From the sequence record SRR31156797_2106: a stretch of DNA of 50,629 bases. One strand, written 5' to 3'. The translations under genes were made by a program, and so were the position numbers. Shown here in pieces: positions 1 to 9,244 of this stretch; positions within the stretch are counted from its first letter, which is position 1; every line of letters starts with the position of its first letter. The notes beneath the pieces were generated by a model. The model was given only the letters and a program-made list of their open reading frames with translations. It was not told where the DNA came from and searched no databases.

Positions 1-906
1 GTGAGAACGCATTGGAGCCATACCAGCACCACCACCAATAAACATCATTTCGTTATTGGTTTCTTTAATGAAGAACTCACCGTAAGGTCCCGATACTGTT
101 ACCTTATCACCTGGCTTACGCGAGAAGATGAAAGATGAACAAATTCCTGGATTTACATTCAGCCATGTGTTGTTAACTCTATCCCAAGGTGGAGTTGCAA
201 TACGAATGTTCAACATTACAATATTTCCCTCCGCTGGGTGGTTAGCCATTGAGTAAGCACGATAAGTTGGCTCTGGATTCTTCATTTTAAGATCCCACAA
301 CTTAAACTGATCCCAATCAGATCTATACTGTTCCTCTATGTCCATATCCTTGAAATCAACATCGATCTTAGGTACATCAATCTGAATGTATCCACCCGAT
401 TTAAAATCAAGAATTTCACCTTCTGGCAATTTTACAACAAATTCTTTAATGAAAGTAGCAACGTTTCCGTTTGAAACAACTTCACATTCCCATTTCTTGA
501 TTCCTAAAATTTCCTGAGGAATCGACATGGACATGTCTTCTTTCACTTTTACCTGACAAGCCAAACGCCAATTGGTTTGTGCTTCCTTACGAGTAAAGTA
601 ATCAACTTCTGTTGGAAGAATGCTACCTGCACCGTCATGAACCTGACACTTACACATCGCACATGTTCCACCTCCACCACAAGCGGATGGAAGAAAGATT
701 TTAGCAGCACCCAAAGTACCCAATAGAGTATTACCTGGCTCTACAACTAATTTTTGATTACCATCGTTAATATCAATCGTTACTTCTCCTGATGGAGTTA
801 GTTTCTTCTTTGCAAATAAAAGTATAGAAACTAGAATCAGGGTCACAAGTAAGAATACAGCTATACTTATGGAAATAACAGTTCCCTGTGTTGTTAATAA
901 TATCAT
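1..906 (-). CDS. nqrF: Na+-translocating NADH:quinone oxidoreductase subunit F (N-terminal part; continues beyond window)
   Basis: Manual translation from ATG at 906: MILLTTQGTVISISIAVFLL...IFLPSACGGGGTCAMCKCQV (2Fe-2S motif), later RAYSMANHP and MMFIGGGAGMAPMRSH; directly downstream of nqrE. Confidence 0.95.
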   Translation of the reverse strand, partial: MILLTTQGTVISISIAVFLLVTLILVSILLFAKKKLTPSGEVTIDINDGNQKLVVEPGNTLLGTLGAAKIFLPSACGGGGTCAMCKCQVHDGAGSILPTEVDYFTRKEAQTNWRLACQVKVKEDMSMSIPQEILGIKKWECEVVSNGNVATFIKEFVVKLPEGEILDFKSGGYIQIDVPKIDVDFKDMDIEEQYRSDWDQFKLWDLKMKNPEPTYRAYSMANHPAEGNIVMLNIRIATPPWDRVNNTWLNVNPGICSSFIFSRKPGDKVTVSGPYGEFFIKETNNEMMFIGGGAGMAPMRSH

Positions 907-955
907 CTCTAGTTCGATTAATTTTTAAAACTAAATTTTACTGTTTTTTATCAGC

Positions 956-1573
956 TTATAGTTTAATTCCCATAAAACTCATAAAAGCAATTCCCATTAA
1001 TCCAGTTACAATAAATGTAATTCCAAGACCTCTAAGAGGAGCAGGAATGTTAGAGTAACGAATTTTTTCGCGAATAGCTGCAATACCAACAATTGCTAGT
1101 AACCAACCAATACCCGATCCAAGACCAAATGAAGTGGCTTCAGCCAAAGTTGAATAGTCTCTTTCTTGCATGAAAAGAGATCCACCCAAAATTGCACAGT
1201 TTACAGCAATAAGAGGTAAGAAAATACCTAGAGATGAGTACAGTGCCGGAGCAAATTTCTCAACAATCATTTCAACTAATTGCACCATTGAAGCAATAAC
1301 CGCAATAAACATGATGAAACTTAAGAAACTTAAGTCAACATCCTGAAACGATTGATCGATCCACACAAGTGCACCTTCAGCCAATATGTATTTGTTTAGC
1401 ATGTAGTTCATAGGTACTGTAATACCTAATACGAAGATAACTGCCAAACCAAGTCCCATAGAAGTTTTTACAGTTTTAGAAACTGCAAGGTATGAACACA
1501 TTCCAAAGAAGAATGCGAACACCATGTTGTCGATAAAAATCGACTTGATAAATATATTAATCAGATTTTCCAT
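956..1573 (-). CDS. nqrE: Na+-NQR subunit E
   Basis: [13 protein letters not shown] and [20 protein letters not shown] motifs; operon position. Confidence 0.96.
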   Translation of the reverse strand: MENLINIFIKSIFIDNMVFAFFFGMCSYLAVSKTVKTSMGLGLAVIFVLGITVPMNYMLNKYILAEGALVWIDQSFQDVDLSFLSFIMFIAVIASMVQLVEMIVEKFAPALYSSLGIFLPLIAVNCAILGGSLFMQERDYSTLAEATSFGLGSGIGWLLAIVGIAAIREKIRYSNIPAPLRGLGITFIVTGLMGIAFMSFMGIKL

Positions 1574-1590
1574 GTTTCGATTTTTCTTTA

Positions 1591-2235
1591 CTAGTTCGAC
1601 TCAATTAAAGATTTATCTCTTGATCTTTGAACCCAGATAATAATACCTACAGTTACCAAAGCCATTGGAGGTAGAATCATTAACCCGTTGTTCTCGTATC
1701 CCATTGCATAAACAGCATCAGGAATTACCTTATATCCATAAAGGGTTCCAGACCCCAATAATTCACGGAAAAAAGCTACGATTACAAGAATGATACCGTA
1801 TCCAGCAGCATTTCCAATTCCATCAAGGAAAGCTGGCCAAGGTTTGTTTCCAAGAGCAAAAGCCTCTAAACGTCCCATGATAATACAATTGGTAATAATC
1901 AAACCTACAAATACCGAAAGCTGTTTACTTACCTCGTAAGCAAATGCTTTAAGAATTTGATCTACAAGAATTACCAATGCTGCAACAATTACAAGTTGAA
2001 CAATGATACGAATTCGTGAAGGGATAGTATTTCTAAGTAATGAAACTATAACATTAGCAAGTGCCAAAACGGCCATAACAGAAATTGTTAAGACAACCGC
2101 TGGCTCCAATTTTGCTGTTACAGCTAAGGCCGAACAGATACCCAAAACCTGAATGGTAATCGGGTTGTCTGTACCAATTGGATTGGTAAGCAATTTTCGA
2201 TTCTTAGCTGAGAATAATGGTTCTTTATCGCTCAT
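1591..2235 (-). CDS. nqrD: Na+-NQR subunit D
   Basis: [17 protein letters not shown] and [20 protein letters not shown] motifs. Confidence 0.96.
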   Translation of the reverse strand: MSDKEPLFSAKNRKLLTNPIGTDNPITIQVLGICSALAVTAKLEPAVVLTISVMAVLALANVIVSLLRNTIPSRIRIIVQLVIVAALVILVDQILKAFAYEVSKQLSVFVGLIITNCIIMGRLEAFALGNKPWPAFLDGIGNAAGYGIILVIVAFFRELLGSGTLYGYKVIPDAVYAMGYENNGLMILPPMALVTVGIIIWVQRSRDKSLIESN

Positions 2236-2242
2236 CTTTTGC

Positions 2243-2947
2243 TTATTTTGAAGATTTTAAAAACTTTTCATAACTGCTTAGGTTATCCTGAAGCATAGCT
2301 TCTAAACCTTTTGATGTAACAGTACCACCTGATACAGCATCAAATGCATGTGGATTAGTAGAAGCTGTTCCTTTCACCAATTTTAGTGAAGTAAACACGC
2401 CAGCTTGATCAAAAATCTGTTTTCCTGTGAATGGAGCAAGAAATTCTGCATTTGAAATTTCAGCACCCAAACCTGGTGTTTCACCCTGATGATCGAAAGT
2501 AGCACCAAAAATAGTTTTACGATCAGACTCCATAGAGATGAAGCCCCAAATAGGACCCCACATACCTTTACCTCGAACAGGAATAATTAATTTTTCGCCC
2601 ACTCCTTCTTTATTGAAAACAAAAACAGGAAGTTGTCTTTTAGAAAGATCTACCTTGTTTTCCTTTTTCAAATCCACTTTAAAAGTTTCAGACTTATCGT
2701 TTGATGTAGTTTCACCCTCAACATTTACAATTAAAGCTTTCACAATATATTTGTCGTAAAGCTCAACCGCATTTGCCGGAGTCGAAGCAACATTCACAGC
2801 CTTAAGAATGTTTTGCTTTTTCTCAATTTCTTTATTCATGTTTTGGCGTGGTTTCAATGACAATGATGTAAAAGAAAGTACAGCCGCAACTACAACTACC
2901 ATAATGGCAGCATAAAGAAATGTATATGTATTGCTTTGAGTATTCAT
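2243..2947 (-). CDS. nqrC: Na+-NQR subunit C
   Basis: N-terminal TM helix, GKGMWGPIWG, HQGETPGLGAEI, FMN-attachment DAVSGGT. Confidence 0.95.
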   Translation of the reverse strand: MNTQSNTYTFLYAAIMVVVVAAVLSFTSLSLKPRQNMNKEIEKKQNILKAVNVASTPANAVELYDKYIVKALIVNVEGETTSNDKSETFKVDLKKENKVDLSKRQLPVFVFNKEGVGEKLIIPVRGKGMWGPIWGFISMESDRKTIFGATFDHQGETPGLGAEISNAEFLAPFTGKQIFDQAGVFTSLKLVKGTASTNPHAFDAVSGGTVTSKGLEAMLQDNLSSYEKFLKSSK

Positions 2948-2966
2948 TTTTAAACGTTTTTTTTAA

Positions 2967-4157
2967 TTAAGCATTTACCTTAACACGTTTCAATCTTCTC
3001 TTAATGTTTCCTTGAACAACATAGTGGTCGATCAATGGAGCGAATGTGTTCATAAGAAGAATAGCCAACATCATAGCTTCAGGGAAACCTGCATTTACCA
3101 CACGAATTAATACAGCCAATAGACCTATTAAAAATCCGTAAATGTATTTTCCACGAGCTGTTTGAGTTGCTGAAACAGGATCGGTAGCCATAAATACTGC
3201 ACCAAATGCAAATCCACCCATAATTAAGTGTTGATATGCAGGTATATCAGTCATATAAGCATTAGATCCGATTAAATTAAAGATCGTTCCCATTACGAAA
3301 CCTCCAGCAAATACTGACAACATGATTCTCCAGCTTCCAATTCCTGAGGCAATTAAAATAACGGCTCCAATAAGAATCGCAATTGTTGATGTTTCACCAA
3401 TCGATCCAGGGATCAATCCGACAAACATATCCCAGGAATTACTCAAATGTTGTTCAATGATTGAGGTAGCAGCATCTGTTCCTCCTTTAAAATCAGCTAA
3501 AGAAGCAGCATGTGCTAATGGAGTTGCTCCTGAAAAAGTATCTGCTTTCTCTGCAATCCATACAGCATCACCAGACATTTTCGATGGATAAGCAAAGAAG
3601 AAGAATGCACGAGCAACCAAAGCAGGGTTCCAAATGTTCATTCCGGTTCCACCGAATACTTCCTTACCAATAACAACCGCAAATGCAGTAGAAACAGCAA
3701 CCATCCAAAGTGGCGCATCAATAGGCATAACCAAAGGAATTAACATACCCGAAACAAGGAAACCCTCGTTAACCTGGTGTCCTCTTGCCTGAGCAAAAGC
3801 AAATTCAATTCCCAAACCAACTACGTATGAAACTACAACAATTGGCAATACTTTAATTAAACCATATACAAACAACTCAACCAATCCAGCTGAAGCCAAT
3901 TCTCCAGTTGAAAGGAAGTGCTGATATCCGATGTTGTACATACCGAACAACAAAGATGGTATCAATGCCAAAACAACTACTGACATAGTACGCTTCAAAT
4001 CGATAGCGTCCTTTACGTGAGTACCCGATTTTGACGTGATATCAGGAACATATAGGAAAGTTTCAAAAGCCTCGAAAGTAGACTGCAACTTCGCATATTT
4101 CCCCCCTTTTTCAAATAAAGGTTTCTTTTTATCAAGAAATTTTCTTAGTGCTTTCAT
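2967..4157 (-). CDS. nqrB: Na+-NQR subunit B
   Basis: DLKRTM, KEVFGGTGMNIWNPAL, FMN-attachment SGATPL, FMATDPVS. Confidence 0.96.
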   Translation of the reverse strand: MKALRKFLDKKKPLFEKGGKYAKLQSTFEAFETFLYVPDITSKSGTHVKDAIDLKRTMSVVVLALIPSLLFGMYNIGYQHFLSTGELASAGLVELFVYGLIKVLPIVVVSYVVGLGIEFAFAQARGHQVNEGFLVSGMLIPLVMPIDAPLWMVAVSTAFAVVIGKEVFGGTGMNIWNPALVARAFFFFAYPSKMSGDAVWIAEKADTFSGATPLAHAASLADFKGGTDAATSIIEQHLSNSWDMFVGLIPGSIGETSTIAILIGAVILIASGIGSWRIMLSVFAGGFVMGTIFNLIGSNAYMTDIPAYQHLIMGGFAFGAVFMATDPVSATQTARGKYIYGFLIGLLAVLIRVVNAGFPEAMMLAILLMNTFAPLIDHYVVQGNIKRRLKRVKVNA

Positions 4158-4180
4158 TATATAATATTATCCGTTTTTTC

Positions 4181-5536
4181 TTAGCTCATTTCCTTAATCA
4201 TCAGATCAATTCCTTTACGAATGATATCTTGTACATTAATTTTCGACGTACAAACAAATTCGCAAAGAGCAAAATCTTCTGGAGCTACTTCATAAATACC
4301 CAGTTGCTCCATCTGATCAATATCTTCAATCAAAATAGATTTGATTAAGTGTACTGGTAATACATCCATTGGAAGAACCTTCTCGTATTCTCCAGTTACA
4401 ACGTAAGCACGGTGCTCTCCATTAAGGTTAGCATCTAATCTGTACTCGCGTTTTGGAGTCATCCATGAGAAGAAAGTTTTCGACATTGAAAATTTCTTCA
4501 ATCCTGGCATAGCCCATCCTAAAAATTCGAATTGATCTCCTTCAGGAATTACAGTAATTTGAGAATCGTATGCTCCTAAATAACTGTCTTCTGAAATATG
4601 AGTTCCTGTTAGAACATTACCTGATATTACACGGATCTTCTCATCATCCTTCAATTTACCTTTCAATACATTGCGAACCGAAGCACCCGAAATCATTTCG
4701 AAATAACATGGGGTTTTTACTTCTGAACCACAAAGAGCTACCTTACGACTCACATCGTAAATACCTTTATTGAACAAACGACCGATGAATACAACTTCCT
4801 GTGGACTTACCACCCAAGCAATTTCACCTTTATTCATTGGATCAAGGTGATGAATTTGAACTCCAGCATTTCCTGCAGGATGAGCTCCTGAGAATTGATT
4901 CACGCTAGCATTTTTCACATCAGAAAATACTTTGGCCTGATTCATGTTTGGATTAATGTTCAAATGAACCTTACCATCGGTTAGTTTTGCAAGAGCATCG
5001 ATACCAGTCTGGAAAGCTTCCGCTTCTCCCTCTAATAGGAAATCGACATCAGCAGCCAATGGTGCAGTATCGAAAGCCGAGATAAAAATCGCCTTTGGCG
5101 TATCTGTTGGATTCGCGATAACGTCGTAAGGACGCTGACGCACGAATGACCACAAACCACTTTTTAACAATTCTTCTTTAATCTCTTCGCGAGAAAGACC
5201 ATTCGGATCAGCTTTTTTAAACTCTTCGTACTGGATTTCTGCGTCGGCTTGAATTACTACTTCTAAAATCTTTCTTCGTTCTCCTCTGTTTACGGCTATT
5301 ACCTTACCACTCACCGGCGAAGCAAAATTAACTTCAGGGCAATACTTATCGAAGAATAAAGGACTTCCAGCCTTTACTTCAGCATCAACCTTAACTTTTA
5401 ATTTTGGTGTTAATCCGGGGAAATCGGTAGGTTTAATTGCGTATGTCTCAGAACGATCAGCTTTTTCAAGTACTTTTTCAGCCTTTCCTATCAGCTTAAT
5501 ATCTAAGCCTTTTTTGATCTTTTTAACTTCAGACAT
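4181..5536 (-). CDS. nqrA: Na+-NQR subunit A
   Basis: IKKGLDIKL N-terminus, NRGERR, GAHPAGN, EDFALCEFVCTSK. Confidence 0.96.
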   Translation of the reverse strand: MSEVKKIKKGLDIKLIGKAEKVLEKADRSETYAIKPTDFPGLTPKLKVKVDAEVKAGSPLFFDKYCPEVNFASPVSGKVIAVNRGERRKILEVVIQADAEIQYEEFKKADPNGLSREEIKEELLKSGLWSFVRQRPYDVIANPTDTPKAIFISAFDTAPLAADVDFLLEGEAEAFQTGIDALAKLTDGKVHLNINPNMNQAKVFSDVKNASVNQFSGAHPAGNAGVQIHHLDPMNKGEIAWVVSPQEVVFIGRLFNKGIYDVSRKVALCGSEVKTPCYFEMISGASVRNVLKGKLKDDEKIRVISGNVLTGTHISEDSYLGAYDSQITVIPEGDQFEFLGWAMPGLKKFSMSKTFFSWMTPKREYRLDANLNGEHRAYVVTGEYEKVLPMDVLPVHLIKSILIEDIDQMEQLGIYEVAPEDFALCEFVCTSKINVQDIIRKGIDLMIKEMS

Positions 5537-5566
5537 GTTAAACTATTTGATTTTATTAATTTGCGA

Positions 5567-5574
5567 CAAAATTA
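5567..5574 (-). promoter_or_regulatory. Candidate Bacteroidota sigma-A -7 box (TAATTTTG) for the nqr operon; second candidate TATATTTG at 5671-5678
   Basis: Matches TAnnTTTG consensus ~30 nt upstream of the nqrA start. Confidence 0.55.
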
Positions 5575-5741
5575 CTAAATTAAACACTAATTCATAATAT
5601 AGTGCAGTAAGTACATGTGTTTTAAAACGTTTGTTTAAATGTTCTATAATACATGTAATTTTTTCGAACACAAATATATAAAGCAATTTCTTAATTTCTT
5701 AGTTTTTAGTTTATTTTTAACCAATATATATACATATCAAT

Positions 5742-7031
5742 ATGCGTAATATTTTCCTTATATCAACAATATTATACTTAACCATAATACCATCTTCTTT
5801 ATTTGCTTCCGAATTCGATAATGAATTCATTTACACCAATCAAATAAAGAAAAAGAGTATTTATACTGTTCAAGCTTATCCTTTAGGATGGGAGCTTGCC
5901 GAAGCAGTAATTGAGCTAAAAGGAGACAATCAAATCCTTTTTTCTTTTGATGAAATTAAAGAAAATATTCAGGATTACTCTTACAGAATCGTCCATTGTG
6001 ACAAAAATTGGTACTCTTCCGGATTAAGTGAGTTTGATTATATCGATGGTTTTACCGAAAATCAGATCACAGATTACGAACATTCATTCAACACCAATAT
6101 CAATTACGTACATTATCAACTAAAAATCCCTAATGATGATATCCAACTAAAATTATCGGGCAACTATGTTATTGAAGTATATGAAGACTACGATCCTGAA
6201 AAAGTTGTGATTAGACAACGGTTCAAGATAATTGACAAAAAGGTAGAAATCACTGGAGAAATTAAGCATCCTATAGCAATAGATAAACGAGAAACACATC
6301 AGGAAGTAGATTTTAGCATTCATCACCCAAGTTTTTCGATTGACAATCCTCATCTTGATTTACATGTGGTTGTAACACAAAACAGAAGAACTGATGGAAC
6401 CGAAAAAGTTTTAAAACCGATTTTTATCCGTAAAAACGAATTGGTTTTCGATTACGAATCGGAAAATGTATTTCCGGGAGGTAATGAATTTCGTCATTTC
6501 GACCTTAAAAGTTTTAGATATCAAACCCGTTTTATTAGAGAAATTACAACAAAAAACGATACAACTCATGTTATAACCTCGCCCGGAAATAATCGCCATT
6601 TTAAGCAATACATTTTCGATCAGGATATAAATGGAAACTATTTGGTTGAAGTACAGGAAAGAGATGAGCCTGCCACCGAAGCTGATTATGCATACATTAC
6701 ATTTCAACTTCCATTCGATAATGAATTGAAGCACGGTGACCTTTACGTTCATGGAAAATTTAACAACTGGCAATGCAACGAACGAAACAAGATGCATTAC
6801 GATTTTGATTCCGGCTCTTATTTAGCTACAATTTTCCTTAAGCAGGGATATTACAACTATCAGTACGCATTGATTGAACATGGCAGTAAAATTCCAGATA
6901 CCGGTTATATCGAAGGCAATCACTGGGAAACAGAAAACGATTATGTGATCTATGTGTACTACCACGATATCGCCCTAAATTACGACATGCTGATTGGCGT
7001 GAAAACACTGAATTCTACCAAAAACTTTTAA
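5742..7031 (+). CDS. DUF5103 / type IX secretion system Plug-like protein
   Basis: Signal peptide, YRIVHCDKNW, LKLSGNY, FPGGNEFRHFD, LKQGYYNYQY, EGNHWETENDY motifs; divergent from nqrA. Confidence 0.8.
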   Translation: MRNIFLISTILYLTIIPSSLFASEFDNEFIYTNQIKKKSIYTVQAYPLGWELAEAVIELKGDNQILFSFDEIKENIQDYSYRIVHCDKNWYSSGLSEFDYIDGFTENQITDYEHSFNTNINYVHYQLKIPNDDIQLKLSGNYVIEVYEDYDPEKVVIRQRFKIIDKKVEITGEIKHPIAIDKRETHQEVDFSIHHPSFSIDNPHLDLHVVVTQNRRTDGTEKVLKPIFIRKNELVFDYESENVFPGGNEFRHFDLKSFRYQTRFIREITTKNDTTHVITSPGNNRHFKQYIFDQDINGNYLVEVQERDEPATEADYAYITFQLPFDNELKHGDLYVHGKFNNWQCNERNKMHYDFDSGSYLATIFLKQGYYNYQYALIEHGSKIPDTGYIEGNHWETENDYVIYVYYHDIALNYDMLIGVKTLNSTKNF

Positions 7032-7038
7032 CAAATAA

Positions 7039-7072
7039 AAAAGAGTGATAGATTACGCACTATCACTCTTTT
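7039..7072. terminator. Bidirectional rho-independent terminator
   Basis: AAAAGAGTGATAG / CTATCACTCTTTT 13-bp stem between convergent genes. Confidence 0.85.
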
Positions 7073-7115
7073 CATTCTATATATCTCTAATCAAATTGCT
7101 TGTCAACTATTGATT

Positions 7116-8492
7116 TTAATTTCCCCTTATTACTATTTCACCATCCTGAATTAAAAGTGCCTGTAATGGTAAATCTCCATCTCGCATTGGAATGTTCACA
7201 TCAATAATTTTCCCACTAAAGAATTCAGATATCTGATCTACTTCGGTATGCCCAACCACAATTGTCTTAACATTTAGCTTTTCTAAAATACGATCAACAC
7301 CTTCCTTACTAATCTTGTCATATTTTGATCGATCCATAAAATAACCTCTATACCAAAATGGACCAGTTGAAGAGAAAATTTCTTTACAATCTTCCATATT
7401 ATCCGCATTAATACCACCAGTCAAATACTGACGAGTTGTGTGATTTACTTCATCAGCAGTATGATCATTATCTAAAAGATCTTCTGATATTCCTCCATGT
7501 ACAAACAGATAATCATTAATTTGCACAATAGAGTTTCGGGTTCTCAACCATTCTCCTAATACCGAATTGGAATGAAACAAGGAAGCATATTCTACTCCTA
7601 ATGGCTTACACAAATTCTTATACCTATCATTAATGTAACGATTATCATTATTTAAAATCATTAGTTCATGATTTCCAAAGACAAAATGCAGATTTCCACC
7701 AGCTTTTTTAGCTTCGTGCTCCAATCGATATATGAACCAAAGAATCTCTGTTACTTTAGCTCCTCTATCGAATATATCGCCAACATAAACAAGATGCCCT
7801 TTACCAAAGCTCCATTTGTTTTCTGCATCAATTACATTTTGTTCTCGCAGTGTATTAATCATACGGTCGAATTCTCCATGCACGTCACCTAATACAACAA
7901 TTGGCTCTTTAGTATTAGTTTTCCATGCAGGTATTTCAGGTTTAATTAATGGATAAACCTCTTGTTTTCCTAACCAACTTGTAAAAGTTGAACAGGTATC
8001 AGCAAGATATTTCCCTTCCAGAAATACACTTTTTTTGGTAGGATTATTTTTAAGATAGTATGCATATATACCTTCTGGTCTTAAATCTACAAACGGTCCA
8101 TCGAAAATATCGTTTTCCTCATTACAAAACGCAGACGCTCCATTTTCCAAAAGTATTCGAACCAGTTCCTTACTGTTCGTTTTTCTTGCATAATCGAATG
8201 CTGTAAAACCAAAATCATCAACTGTATTAACCTCTGCTCCATTTTGTATTAATGTATAAGCGACCTGTTTCATTGCTCTCCTGGCAGCCCAATGCAAAGG
8301 AGTTAATCCCAACGAGTCTGCTAAATTAACAGAACCTCCCTTTTCAATTAAACTATGGGCTAAATCTCTATCTCTTTCTTGAATTGCTTTACTCAGTAAT
8401 CCCTGTTTATCAATTTCACTTTTATTGGGGCTTTGAAAATTACATGCCGATAAACTTATCGCAATTAATAGTAGTAAACTTAGGTATCTCAT
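7116..8492 (-). CDS. Lipoprotein with ankyrin repeats and a Shewanella-like (Shelph) metallophosphoesterase domain
   Basis: Lipobox ISLSAC; ankyrin GLTPLHWAA and GFTAFDYA; phosphoesterase motifs GDVHG, GDIFDRG, GNHE, HGG, GPFWYRG, GHT. Confidence 0.85.
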   Translation of the reverse strand: MRYLSLLLLIAISLSACNFQSPNKSEIDKQGLLSKAIQERDRDLAHSLIEKGGSVNLADSLGLTPLHWAARRAMKQVAYTLIQNGAEVNTVDDFGFTAFDYARKTNSKELVRILLENGASAFCNEENDIFDGPFVDLRPEGIYAYYLKNNPTKKSVFLEGKYLADTCSTFTSWLGKQEVYPLIKPEIPAWKTNTKEPIVVLGDVHGEFDRMINTLREQNVIDAENKWSFGKGHLVYVGDIFDRGAKVTEILWFIYRLEHEAKKAGGNLHFVFGNHELMILNNDNRYINDRYKNLCKPLGVEYASLFHSNSVLGEWLRTRNSIVQINDYLFVHGGISEDLLDNDHTADEVNHTTRQYLTGGINADNMEDCKEIFSSTGPFWYRGYFMDRSKYDKISKEGVDRILEKLNVKTIVVGHTEVDQISEFFSGKIIDVNIPMRDGDLPLQALLIQDGEIVIRGN

Positions 8493-8749
8493 TTTTCTAA
8501 TTTAAAATAGGTTGCAAAACAATTTCTCCTTTCACACAAATTGTAACCTGATTAAAATGATTTCTTAATCAGAAAAAAAGAGAGTATTTATAAGATTATG
8601 AAATCACAAAGTGTGAATTGGAAGGCTAAAATTAGATGTTTTAATTAAACATCCAATAGGGAATTATCCCCAGAATTATTGTCGTGAAATTGCATTAAAC
8701 TTAGATTAACCTATTGAATTCTACTAAGAATCTTAAATGCCATATGAAA

Positions 8750-8769
8750 GGACATTGCATGCAATGTCC
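8750..8769. repeat. Perfect 20-bp palindrome, GTAG-family REP-like
   Basis: GGACATTGCATGCAATGTCC followed by CTAC (GTAG on the minus strand). Confidence 0.7.
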
Positions 8770-8873
8770 CTACGATATGTTGTACAGTTATTTCCAAAAA
8801 GAAAAAAAATAATACTTTTGACTCCGAATTAGCAAGAATCATTATCTTGTTCTCTTCAATAAAAAAAGAATTT

Positions 8874-9233
8874 ATGACGTCTGCATCAAACATCGGTAAT
8901 CAAAGATCGGATTTACAGGTATTCAGACGATGGAGCAGGAAATCATATGCGGCATTTGCCAGCATGAATCAAGAGATTAAGATTTCCAACATCAACACCA
9001 GTTACAATCTACTGGTTCCATCGAAAGAATGCGGTTTTTCCGGATTTTGCTTTTTACCTGAAAACGGACGGGAGAAAAATGAAACGGATGAATTGGAAGC
9101 ACTCTGTGCAGAATTCATTCAAATGCTTGTTGTGAAAAACACAAGCAATAGTACTATTGGTCGAATAGGTTCCTCTAAAAAAGTTAGCAAGGTTCTTTCG
9201 GCACATTTTTATTCCCGCAAATTAAAAAATTAA
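8874..9233 (+). CDS. Hypothetical protein with FRRWSRKSYAAFAS motif immediately upstream of bioB
   Basis: Open frame of 119 codons from ATG 8874 (ORF track starts at TTG 8847), preceded by an A-rich initiation region; ends 11 nt before bioB. Confidence 0.6.
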   Translation: MTSASNIGNQRSDLQVFRRWSRKSYAAFASMNQEIKISNINTSYNLLVPSKECGFSGFCFLPENGREKNETDELEALCAEFIQMLVVKNTSNSTIGRIGSSKKVSKVLSAHFYSRKLKN

Positions 9234-9244
9234 AGAACCTTATT

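Noticed and set aside
5625-5632. AAACGTTT upstream of nqrA as a third LacI-type site
   Set aside because: Only the 8-bp core is present, which is expected by chance in AT-rich DNA (another copy sits near 2952).
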